Shown: positions 12,599 through 24,710 of the stretch, piece after piece
How the letters are laid out: every line of letters starts with the position of its first letter
Position numbering within the stretch: the stretch's first letter is position 1
Assembly (NCBI GenBank): GCA_043228905.1
Contig: JBHGNT010000018.1
Coordinates: 5,208,001 to 5,272,000 of the forward strand
DNA: 64,000 bases
Source: Azolla caroliniana
Lineage: Eukaryota; Plantae; Polypodiophyta
Reading direction: 5' to 3'
The notes under the pieces: generated by a model
What the model saw: only the letters and a program-made list of their open reading frames with translations
The model's database searches: none
What the model was told of the DNA's origin: nothing
Translations under genes and position numbers: made by a program

Positions 12599-15500
12599 TT
12601 TGGTACTAATTGCACTTATTCAAGCTCACACATGAGACATTCATCTAGTTGATGATTAAGGTGTTAGAATGTTGTCTTTAAATTTTGTAGGGCCATATGA
12701 TATGCTTAGTTTTCATATATAGTATTTCAAATCTATAAGTGTAGACTTCTCCAAACGAAAGCCTGAGACAAGCTACTTAACCAAATGTAAAACACAAACA
12801 ATAATGTTATACAACGCTATTAATCATTAGGTACTAGTCAAATGTGTTCAGCGTAGGGACGATTCACACGTGTGCCGTCCTACGTATTATCATCATGTGT
12901 ATTCTAATATTATAGTAAAGAGAAAATATTGAAAGTGCCCCTTGTATTTGTCTACCCCCTCATTTTATTTTTTGTTTATTTTACAATGACTTGATGGGAT
13001 GAAGAACTTTGTAGAATTTACTAACAAAAAGGTTATCTAACGAAATGAATACATTTAACTTTACTAATTTTTCAAATACAGACACTATAATCGTATAATA
13101 ATGTGTTGTTCAATTATACTAATTCATTCATTAATCTATTTCATTGAAGTTGTTTGATTCAATTTCTAGTTAATATATTAATATGTGTTTACTTTACATC
13201 AATAAAAAGAGGGGAAACTTTGATGATTGACGTTGGTACTACTATAGAACTATGAGGAGTAGAGATGATATTGCCGGAAACAAGACACACTTTTGTAATT
13301 TTCCAAGGATCGACAAATTTTTCCATTGGATTAGATGAAAGAAGAGTATTTTTCTATCGATAAAAACTCTCTAACATGAGATACTATTAAAACAATATCA
13401 AATTCATACCCACCCACCAAAAACATGAGATTGTTTATCTTCATCTTTGTCTGTATTTGTAAAAGTTCATATAAAGTTAGCATATTCGGTAGGAATCAAA
13501 TGATTCTTGACCTTGAGACTAGTCCTTTGGAGACATTTAAAAGGCAACGCCTATAGGGACCCCTTCAACATTATCTATCCAGCACATATGAACAATGGAA
13601 AACAATAGCCGAGAAGGATAGACTTACACACTCCTCATGGGAGAGAATACATATCAAGACATGCAAATTAGTGTCAACTTGCAATTTTCAAAAGTATGTT
13701 CTCAAAGGTTTTCCAAAGTCACTTCAAAGCCTAAAAAATGGAGAATAAGATCAAATTATGGGCGGGGGAAGGTTTTGTTTAGAAATAATATATGCATATT
13801 GAGTGGTGGTAGTCCTCAATCGAATGATACCTCATGTATTTTGTAAGCATAAACTATTGTAAGGGACAGAAGAAAGGGGTAGCCATCTAACTTTAAAGAT
13901 GGACAAAGACACTTTCATATTTCCTTGCCAATTTATTTTTTATCTTTAGCTTTTGTTCTAACAAAAATTCAAAGCAATGTCTTGACGTATGCAATGATAT
14001 GAAATGTATCCTTGCATTTTCCAAAAACAAAAATGTATGGCATTGAAGGCGATATATGTTTTGGCAATGCAACCCCTAAAGGGTTTAGCATTCGTATGGT
14101 TGGTGCATAACAAAATAGAAGTGGTTGAGAGTACATGCACGGGTTTGATCCGATAAAGATCCATCAATATCCATCCCACAAAAAGAGTTGTAAAGAACAA
14201 TGGCTTTTAGTTAACTAATATAGCATGCAAGCCTAGAAGCTCACAGTGTCAATCTAGATCGATGATCCTAAGGAGTTTGATGTGAAAGAAAATTATTCTT
14301 ACTTTAAAGGTGTTATTGGCATAACTTTAGGGTTTCCAACTCATCCTACCCTCGTACTAAGAAATTATCTTTACAATTAGTCTTTGAAATTACGACTATA
14401 ACAAAAGGCATGAGCACACATGGATGTCCGAACCTACTAATCTTGCATCGATTGAATTTGATATGACAACATGATTCATTCATATGCACACAAAAGAAGA
14501 ATCATTGCAAACTCACCTTGGCATATGCAATCATCGATCTTGTTGAGGTGCTATGTTGGAATCACATAAAGAAACTAATAGATATGCACATGGCCTAAAA
14601 TAGCCACCATATCAATAGTGGCTAAAAGTGTGATAGAAAGACATAAAATGCAAACACTATCTACAATGATAGGATATAGTGCGTGTGCAAAGTGTTTCGT
14701 TACCATGTCATAAGCATTGATTCATTGGCTTCGTTGGACAAAGGGTTGGAATTAGCTAACCAACAACCTACTAAATAGCCATTTGCAAAATACTCATTGG
14801 ATGGCCATTCGACAACCATTTGGGACAACAATAGTTTTGGGTAGGTATGGTTTAGACGTCAAACCTAGGGTTGATTAAAGTCCTTTATCATTGATGTAAT
14901 AACAATAACATCATCATTGACGACACTGGATCATAATAAGAGCTTTTGATTCCATCTATGAGATAACTATACAATCAACTCATTGTCATCAATTTTGTTC
15001 TTTTTACTCTCTTCCGAGGCGATGAGTGATATTCTCCTTCGAGGATGGGATTGTCCCATTCTCTCACAATGGCTGTTGTCCTTCCTTTTACATCAACTGT
15101 ACGTGGGAAAATGAGACTTTAGGACTGCTACTTTGGCGTGATGCTAGGGACAGTTAAAACAAAGATGTCATTAATGTCATGAGCACAGACAAAACGTTTG
15201 AATGCGCACCTGTTAGCTCGGAAAGTTCCGGAGAGAAACAAGTATGGGATGGAGGATTGGGATGTAGTACTAGCTGGGTTGGTGACCTGTCTTTGTCCCT
15301 CTCATGTAAATAACTAGGGGGCAATTTCTCATGTAACAAGTACAATTTCTCATAATAAAACACATATAGGGGGCTATTTCTTCAATTAATGCAAACATTA
15401 TGATTTAGTTTCTTTCCCCTCTTTTCTCTTTTTGGTTTTTAAATTTGTTTTTTTTAATTTTTCTAATGTATTTAAATTAAAACAATTTCTCCAAGGATTT

Positions 15501-15719
15501 TGATCCATCCTCTGGTTTAATTCCTAATTTTATTTGTAAATTGTGAGGGGAATATTTTAATTTTCACAAAGGGCCGAAAGGAAGACTTTAAAAATAGGTG
15601 AGGCACTTTCTTCTTCATTCCTGTGTTTTTCTCTCTGTCAATTGCTCTGTTTTCTTTTTCCCATGCTGAGAATTGCTCTGTTTCTGTGTGTTTGAGAGAG
15701 AAAGAAAGAAAGAAAGAAA

Positions 15720-15897
15720 GAGATCACATACACACATAGATCCATCACATATACACTTATAGAACCCACCCAATACACCCAGAGATCACATACACATAGA
15801 TCCATCACATATACACATATAGAACCTACCCAATACACAGAGAGATCACATACATATAGATCCATTGCACATACTTATATAGAAACCAATCCATCAC
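15720..15897 (+). repeat. Three ~60-bp tandem repeats immediately 5' of the ERD15-like ORF
   Basis: 'agagatcacatacacatagatccatcacatatacac..atagaacc' at ~15720, 15781 and 15841. Confidence 0.8.
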
Positions 15898-16272
15898 ATG
15901 GGTTTGAATAATCACCCGTATATGGCCATCCATATGCCCTCATCCCTCGCTTCTTCACTCAATCCTAATGCCCCCTTGTTTATCCCTTCTTCGTATTATA
16001 AGCATGTTGATGTTGATGCCGATGCTTATGGTGATGGTGATGGTGATGATGGCTTCACATCAGATTGGGATGAAATAGAGGATTTCTCTCCAGAGTGGTG
16101 GAACCTCGTCCACATCTCTCCTTACTTCTGTGAGTATTGGCTCCAAAACTATGAGGCAAGTGGAGCCGACGAAGACTTGGTCATTCTCTCTCTACAAGAT
16201 GAAGATAGTAGCATAGATGTGGTCGATGTGGATGTGGATGATCTTGTCGATGATATTGTAGTAAAGTCATGA
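15898..16272 (+). CDS. ERD15: ERD15-like PAM2-motif (poly(A)-binding protein-interacting) protein
   Basis: PAM2 motif [12 protein letters not shown] followed by the ERD15 signature [11 protein letters not shown]...YW and an acidic tail; 124 aa, no intron needed. Confidence 0.8.
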   Translation: MGLNNHPYMAIHMPSSLASSLNPNAPLFIPSSYYKHVDVDADAYGDGDGDDGFTSDWDEIEDFSPEWWNLVHISPYFCEYWLQNYEASGADEDLVILSLQDEDSSIDVVDVDVDDLVDDIVVKS

Positions 16273-17699
16273 ATCTAGACATAGATTATGACTAAATTCA
16301 TCATAAATGATGTTATTGATGATGTGTAGAGTCATGGAACTTGACATAGATCACGGGTACATGCATATACATACACACCATTTATACATCCATCCATCCA
16401 TTCAACTATCTAGGCCAACAGCAAGCTATACTCCTCATATAATCTAATGCCTTGTGCACGGATTTACTCATGAAGATGAGGGATTAATAACCATATTTAT
16501 TGTGTAATTTGTGCCCAGATTGCCTCTTAGGCTATTAGTGGTCGCAAAGCAAAAAGAAACTTTTGTTTTAACATTTATAAGCTTGGCTTTGCAAAAGGGG
16601 GGGATCTATGAATCAAGACACCCTAGTTGCACTTTGCCTACATGCCCTGTAACTTATATCAAAATAGTATATATATATATGTATATGTCTCATAAGCAAA
16701 GATAAAATTCTGTATGAGTATCAATTCTGGTCTTTTTTATAGGTATGTGGATATGTATTTTTATCTTCATTCTGGCTTCTTTTTTATGTGTATGTGAGTG
16801 TGTTTTGATCTAAATTCTAGTCCTTTTTATATGGATGTAGGTAGATGCGTTGATCTCATATGTCTCCTAAACAAAGATGCAATTCTGTATGAGTATCAAT
16901 TCTGGTCTTTTTTCTGTGCATGTGGATATGTATTTTTATCTTCATTCTGTTTTTTTTAATGTGTACGTGAGTGTGTTTTGATCTCAATTCTAGTCCTTTT
17001 TATATGGATGTAGATGCGTTCATCGCAATTCTAGTCTTCTTTATATGCATATTGATGTGTGTTGATCTCAGTTTCTGGTCTTGTTTCCTCATCTCTATTC
17101 CTAAATCCTCTGTTTAAGATGTATGGTTTCTTATGTGTATACATGTGGGCTTTCATGTGTGCATATCTCTCGGCAACTTAGATAAAGTGTGGATTAAGGT
17201 GGCATTCTAAACAAGATAGCTTCTATAGAATAATAGGCTGCTGACACTGGTGAAACACAACTGAGGAAACAGTTTTTATGTGTATACATGTGGGCTTTCA
17301 TGTGTGCATATCTCTTGGCAACTTAGATAAAGTGTAGATTAAGGTGGCATTCTAAACAAGATAACTTCTATAGAATAATAGGCTGCTGATACTGGTGGAA
17401 CACAACAGAGGAAACAGTTTTTATGTTGATCACAATCTGGAACATACATAAACTGAATTTAGTCCATATGGCAATGTATGGTTTCTACCCATATGCATTA
17501 TTGGTGTACAACAGCCCAACAAATGGTATATATTCTAGTCACTCGAGTCACGCAGTTTACATGTGGTTCTCGATCAACTAATCGTTAAATATGGTACACA
17601 ATTGTTTGCCTGTTCTTTGTCTATCTTATTCTGTGTAATTTGTATTAAAATACGTTAATCATTGCTATTGTGAGGCAAGGAATGCATATGGAGGAACAG

Positions 17700-18161
17700 C
17701 CAACACCTGATTCTAGTGAAAACTCCCATATGCTTGACTCAGGAAACTACCAGTTTTGATAAATATCTTATGTGTTCTTCAACGGAAGACATCACATTTT
17801 CAGGGGGAAACTATGTATCCCTAGGACCTTCAGGTTCCGTGGCCAGAACCTCTTAAGAGGGCCTAATGATTTGGATCTCAGTAGTTAAAGATGGATATAC
17901 AAACTTTGGCAAGATCATTAATCTACGGAGTATACGACTCATGCACCTCTGGGCTCTTTAAATTCCATGGATGGAGTAGGTACTGAGATTTATGCTGTCA
18001 ACTACGTATCACCCCCTGAAGTTGGCTGGCAACATCTCACTTCAATCTAGGATTCTTCCTTCTTTGTGGTTCCCCTGGGATCATGCAGTTATAGCGAGTT
18101 TTGAGAAAAGCAATTGATTGTAATACCAAACCCCGCCTTTTCAAGGATTCCTGTTAATTAA
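17700..18161 (+). pseudogene. psbC: Plastid-derived psbC 3' fragment (NUPT), frameshifted
   Basis: Piecewise translation gives [59 protein letters not shown] and FEK, ending ...ttaattaa; this matches the CP43 C-terminus. Confidence 0.85.
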
Positions 18162-18776
18162 AGAATCAATTCTGGGAAAAGAAGACATTTAGAACTATGG
18201 GAAAAGGAAAGGATTCTCCCTCCTCTGGCAGTAAGTCCATGTGCACTTGGTGAATGTACATCATTGTCGGGGGATTCGCTGCCCATTAAATCCCAGTTGA
18301 TTTGTATTGTGTATCCATGTAATGGGATGGCCAAACACCAGCAGCTTCAGAGTCTATAGCTAGGTCAACAGTATGGGCAACCCCAAAACCATAAACAGCG
18401 TAGTTTTTTTGCGGTAATGGATGTTCTATGGATGTGGAATGGCGGTTTTCCTGGAGCTGTTTTGAGGTATGTTGTTGGAGAGGAGACAGTTGGTTATAAC
18501 TCGAAATCTATATTCCTTTAAATGGGGGGGGGGGACTAGCATCAACCTGAATGATTTGTACTTCGTTTGGTTTTGTCAATCCATCATATTATAGGCAACA
18601 AATTTGCCTTCAGTATACTGGTGCAATTTCTGGATCTTTCTGGATTGATTCAAGCATACCTTCCATTGCTTTTGTTTTGAAGAGCCATTGTTTTGCTAGA
18701 GACAAACCACATTTATGAGGCTGATATTTTTCAATATTATGGTGGCTTAATGTTAAATGCTTGATATTGAATTGTA

Positions 18777-18858
18777 GGAGAGGTATTGAAACCCTCAATG
18801 GTAATTTGGCACCATGTCGGTGTTCAAGACTGGATACCTTACCCCCACTAGACCAAGT
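18777..18858 (-). pseudogene. trnS: Degenerate plastid trnS-UGA
   Basis: 'ggagaggtattgaaaccctc...tcggtgttcaagactgga...ccactagacca' resembles the reverse complement of plastid trnS-UGA, at the expected position and orientation downstream of psbC. Confidence 0.7.
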
Positions 18859-18948
18859 GAAGGAGATAATGAGAAGCCGAACAACTTGTAGAGGATACTA
18901 TATACTAAGCCTCTGATGGAGTACATGATACGAGTAATAGCAAAATCT

Positions 18949-19019
18949 GTGGATACAGTTGAATGGTAAAAGATCTCCTTGCCAAGGAGATGACACAGGT
19001 TTGATTCCCACTTCTGCCC
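18949..19019 (+). pseudogene. trnG: Degenerate plastid trnG-GCC
   Basis: gtggatacagttgaatggtaaaaga tctcc-ttGCCaa-ggaga tgacacaggtttgattccc; intact anticodon stem-loop, mutated T-loop. Confidence 0.75.
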
Positions 19020-21032
19020 ATATAATCATTCAAGTGACTGCTCCGCACGTGAGAGGAAAGAATTCATCAATCAAATGTTAAATCGCGAGAATCACCAAAG
19101 TCTTTCCTTTTAATAATCTCATTGCTTGGGTTAGTTTGGATAAATCCTTCTACTTGCTGGGTGAGCAAATAAAAAAACTGACCAGTATTTTCTGTTTTAT
19201 GGGTGACTCAGACTAGTGATGGAATGAGCCACTTGATAATGCTCCCACTGAGAGTAGTATACTTATCAATTAGTAGAGAGACCTTCAATATTGCCAAATA
19301 ACCAGGCATTACATGCAACACCGATGAAAACCAATTCACTTCATCTCGAATGAAAACCAAAGTATTCATCAAACCCCTTTTTTATGGGGATGAACCACTT
19401 CTTCTAGGGAAAGTTATCTGTTGGCAGATTCATCCAGGCTGGTTAAATCTACGCAAGATCATGGACATGAACTAAGTAAAAACCTTAGGACTGGATTGTA
19501 TGTTCCGCCATCCCAAAATAGTCCTCTCCAAAGCGCTCAATGCCCATTCATAGAAAGAATAAAAAAACTCACTAACAAATGGAATTCAGAATTGTGACGA
19601 TACCGTCCTTTCTAACCAGATGCTTCCCTCATCATTCATTCATTCATTCAGAGTGGAGACCAATGTTTTAGTAATAGAAACAGTGGTGGCTATTGGCTCC
19701 AGTAGCCCTGAAGGATAGAGCATTCTTATGTACCATCTGGGAAACTAGCCAATTTTAGTCCGATCATAGGATCCCTCAATACAGCGTGTTAACAGGCAAA
19801 TCAAGAATTTCACTTCGAAACCTGGATCAACAATGATCAATCTGCATCCACAGGTCGATTCCCTCAGCTGCTGCACCAACACTGAAGGAGTTAAAAGGAA
19901 ACTCACTTCATCTCTGCCAGAAGCCAATCAAGAAGTCATTATCTAGCAAGGAAAGAGGGCCTACTTCTTGGAAGCAATAACCAAAATGAGATCTTCAACA
20001 TTTGGAAGAAAACTTGAACATACTTTAGATATTTGGAAGAGAATAAGGTGTAGTTTTCTTACTATATCAATGACTCTCTGCATCACCTTTCTCCCATGGG
20101 TTCTCTCAGCTCTACTGTACTCTCTCAATTAGGTACTCTACTCAACCTTTTCATACAGGCTGACTATTATGCATTCAATGCATGTAAACATGAGCTACTT
20201 CGGCTTTATATCCTTAGAGAATATTGCATTTATCTTGGATTAAAGAGGTTTGACAGTTCACCATTGCTTTATGACCTAATATGCCACTATTCCTTTTTAC
20301 ATCAGAATAACAACACACATTCATTTCCCAATTAAAGGGACTCCTTTTCTTTTGCTTTTATCTCAAGAATTCATCTACGGATTAAAGGTATAACTTTTTG
20401 CTGTGTCCTCAGAGAATTCATTCATGTCACCGACAACAACCAACTCTGGCTTTATGTTCTCAAAGAATTCTTCATCTATGGATTGAAAAGGCTGTGAGAC
20501 AATCTATACAGATGCATTGTTTAGTGTTCAAAGGGTCATACATTCATGCTACATCAATACAAATTAAATAACTACTCGATTGAGATGTCTTGGCTTTACA
20601 TTCTCAGAGGATTCATGCCTTAAATCTATGTAGGTCAAGCCTTAGATGTATGTTCTCCTCGAGCATTCCATGACACATTAACAAAGAGTAGGCTGCTTGA
20701 TAAATGCCATTATTTTGGAAGAAATTTGAAGAGCTCTACATACTACCACTGAATTATCTTTTCAGTTATGAGTCGGAGTAGATGGTAAGTGAACATTAAT
20801 GTAGTGTTACTGAAACTGCACAACAATCAACTTTTTAATTATAGACGCCTGAAAGACGAAGTAAAGGAAAAGGAAGCTATACTCGAATCTGATCAGAGAA
20901 CACTTCGACTAAAAAGAATTTGTCAAACATTTGCCATTGCTTTTACATTATTTCCTCCAAAGGTATATGATACATGAAATCAAACAAATGAAATAAATAA
21001 AATGAAATAAGAAGAATAGGGCACGGAGAAGA

Positions 21033-22382
21033 TCACATCACAATCTCTGGCTTCAGAATGCTGCTTTTGATTTCCTTGTGGGGTAAAACAACACCACCAT
21101 TGCTATAAACTTCATCCGATATATGTACATCTTCACCTAATACAGTCATGTTCTCTACACGAGCCCATTGTCCAATAGTAGAATGCCAACCAACAATGCT
21201 TCCTGAGACACAAGCATGTTTCTTTACTCTAACCCCTCTCATAATGGTGCATCTTGAAAGCCTAACTCCTGCCTCAATCACACAATTTTGACCTATCGAT
21301 ACATCTGGCCCAACAAGACATCCTTCACCTATCTGGGCGGTCTCATCAACAAGCACATTTCCGACTATATTAGGTCCAGTCAATAACTTCTCTGGGTGAT
21401 TCTTTTTCAGTGAATCCAAGTACAATCTCAACCCAGTTATATAATCCCTTGGCTGTCCTACATCCATCCAAAAACCAGGTAGAACCATCGCAAAGAGTTT
21501 GTTCTCCTTCGCAATTTTGGGGAAGATTTCTTTCTCAATCGACGTGGGTCTCAACTCAATCCTGTCCAAAACCTCTGGATTGAGAAGGTAGATCCCTGCA
21601 TTGATCTTGTTACCCACAAAGACCTGTGGCTTCTCAACAAAACGTTGCACCTGACTGTTCGTCTCATCCATAACCACCACACCATATTTCGAGGGCTCAT
21701 CAACCTGATATTGAATTTCACACAATACATTGAGTAAACCATTTAAAACCTTGATAAACATAAGGCATGTTCAGACATACATAAATTGAATAAATCTTTA
21801 AGTCATGAAGCACACACGGAATCAATCTGTAATGCATGAAGCATATACCGACAGACACATAACTTGAATCAATCTTTAAGACATGAAGCATACACATAAT
21901 AAATCTTTAAAGAATGAAGCATTCACGTAATAAATCTTTAAAAAATGAAGCACACATTGTCATTGTCTTCAAGACACAACACCTGCAGAATAAACGGAAT
22001 ACATTTTCATGACATACACATACATGCAGTAAAACTTTAAGCAATAGAACAAATGCTAATGACCTACATTCCAATGTTAAAAGAGTGTTTATAGTATATA
22101 CCTTGGTGACCATGATAGAAGCTTCACCTCCATGAGACTTGTGAAACTCTATCATTTGCTGGAGGGGATACTCACTAATAACATCACTATTAAGCACAAA
22201 GAATGGCTCGCCAGATCCATCGAGAAGTTTGTCTCTTGCCAATGCCAGGGGACCAGCGGTGCCCATCGGCTCGTATTCTCGAGAACATACAATTTTGATC
22301 CCTAGCTTTGCTTCAAATTCCTTCAGGAATCCCATCATGACCTGCGTAGGGGAGATATGTAAGTTCAATAAGGTTAGTAAAT

Positions 22383-22413
<31 letters not shown>

Positions 22414-23987
22414 CTACGCTCAAGTCATGACCGTAGCAAGACAAGCACAAGGGATCACAGCCTTTCTATATCCATAGAACCAAGGCCCTGTTCAGACTAT
22501 ATTGATCTAGAGCATAGTGATAATTGGTCTACTCTGGCCTTAATTAACCCTAACAATGTAGGTACTGTATCCTCATAACAAAGCCATGTCTAGGCCAAAG
22601 AGACTTTTTCTTCATGGATCTCTCCAACATTGAACCAAACTAATAATGGCTCTTTTTTGATGTATCTCTACTACGTGGACCCCCAAAGCCAAAACACTTC
22701 CTTTGCTTTTGCTTTTGCCTAGATATGACTATATATTTACTACTATAGGCATATGCTCCGTTGTTGGCAAGCTGTTTCCCTAATCCTCTGACATAAAATC
22801 AGGGTTTCCACCATGTCTCTATAAGAGGCACATACATTGACAAAAAACCTAAACGATGCATAGATCTGTCCACTACGTACACTCCAAGCTATAAGCTTTC
22901 ACACAGACCATCAGCCCAATGGTTGATCTGATGCTCTAGCAACAAAGTTGGCTTTACTGCATTGGCACAATCAGCCAGATCTGTCCATATCTTGTGCATA
23001 GTAGATAGATTTAGGGTTTCTTAAATGGCTATTGTTACGCATATATGAGTAGAAATAAAACGAAAAATCTAAATCGATTGGTCTTCTGCATGGATCTGTA
23101 CATATATTCGCTACTATACATATTTCTAGCTGTATGGAGAAATGTTGCTCCGTTTCTCTGGCATGAAAGTAGATTTTCTGCTAGAGCTATCAATAAGCCT
23201 GCTGTCTGGTGTAATAAGTGTATATATAAAAAGATCCTTGAACCCTAAATTATGAATTGAATTGTTCAGATCTGTAAGAGGACAAAACATAGACCCTAAA
23301 ACCCAAGAACATGATCCCACACAAAAGACCATAAGTCTAATTTAACCCTAACATTAAACCTAAGCGTTGCCAGAACCCATGGAAACATGCAAAAATATGA
23401 AAATATTGAGCGTTCAGATCTCGGAGGGCAGATCATACCTCAGGCTGATAATTTATAGCCAGCACGACTTCAGATACCCCTATCGCCTTCAGGGCTTCGA
23501 TCTACGAGAAGAACCAGAGATCATACCGAATCAGCGAATAAAACAATTGGAGACAATGAAGAAAACATAGATGAAGGAAAATGATCAGATCAGAGGGAGG
23601 AGAAGAAACAGAGGGGAAGGAGGATGAACATTCAAAAAATATTCCTAGATGAGAAAAAGAAGATAATATCAGATCAGATTAAATAAAGTCAGAGAGTAAC
23701 AGAGAGAGATATAAGAACTGAAGAAGAAACAGAATTTTGTGAAAGCTAAGAAAATAAAGAAGATCAAATGGGGGGAAATAACAGGGGCTGAAAAAAGAGC
23801 CGAATTTCGCAGATATTCAGAGAAGGAAGGAAGGGGAGGAGGAAGAAGGATAGGATCAGAGGTTTCTTTGATATACCTGATGAAGGATCATGGGTTTGTT
23901 TGCAAAATCAACGAGAGGTTTAGGCAAGCTGAGGGTGAGAGGCCTCAGGCGAGTACCGAAGCCCCCAACTAAAATCAAAGCTTTCAT
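21033..23987 (-). CDS. VTC1: Mannose-1-phosphate guanylyltransferase (GDP-mannose pyrophosphorylase), 4 coding exons: 23877-23987, 23439-23501, 22102-22341, 21033-21704; 361 aa
   Basis: [19 protein letters not shown]...PMILHQ / [21 protein letters not shown] / ...[16 protein letters not shown]...FFVLNSDV / ...[11 protein letters not shown], hexapeptide repeats, ...KPEIVM*. All introns are GT-AG and phase 0; 37+21+80+223=361 codons. Confidence 0.97.
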
Positions 23988-24162
23988 GGTTTCTTCTTCT
24001 TCTTCTTCTTCTTCTTCTTCCTCTGTGTGACTGTGTGAGTAGTAGCAGCTCTGTGTCTCTCTGTATGGATGAGTGAATGAAAGAGAGAGACCAGGGATGA
24101 TGATGATGATGATTGAATGAATGAAATTGGAGAGACATATTTATACAGACATACATACATAA

Positions 24163-24193
<31 letters not shown>

Positions 24194-24710
24194 TGTATGT
24201 ATGTATGTATGTATGTGTGTGTGTGTGTGTGTGTTTATGTGTATGCATGCATGCATGTATGTATGTATGTATGTATGTATGTGTGTGTGTTTATGTGTAT
24301 GCATGCATGTATGTATGTATATACGCATGTATGTATGTATGTATGTGTGTATGTATATGTGTGTGTGTGTGTTTGTGTGTATGCATGTATGTTTGTATGT
24401 ATGTATGTGTGTGTGTGTGTTATGTATGTATTGTGTGTGTATGTATGTAGTTAGTACGTACGTATGTGTGTGTGTGTTATGTATGTATTGTGTGTGTATG
24501 TATGCAGTTAGTATGTACGTACATACGTATGTATGCATGTATTGTATTGTATGTATGTGTGTATGCATTATGTATTGTATGCACGTAGTAACGTATGTAT
24601 GTATTGTATTGTATTGTATTGTATTGTGTGTGTGCGTATGTACGTGCGTACGTACATATGTATTGTATGTACGTACGTGTGTGTGTCGTATGTGTGTGTG
24701 CGTGTTTATG
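24163..24710. repeat. ~550-bp compound (TATG)n/(TG)n/(TATTG)n microsatellite upstream of VTC1
   Basis: Seen directly; it explains the low-complexity MYVC/THTH ORFs. Confidence 0.95.

Noticed and set aside
18949-19019. Functional nuclear tRNA-Gly gene
   Set aside because: The T-loop and acceptor stem are mutated, and it lies inside a decayed plastid insert.
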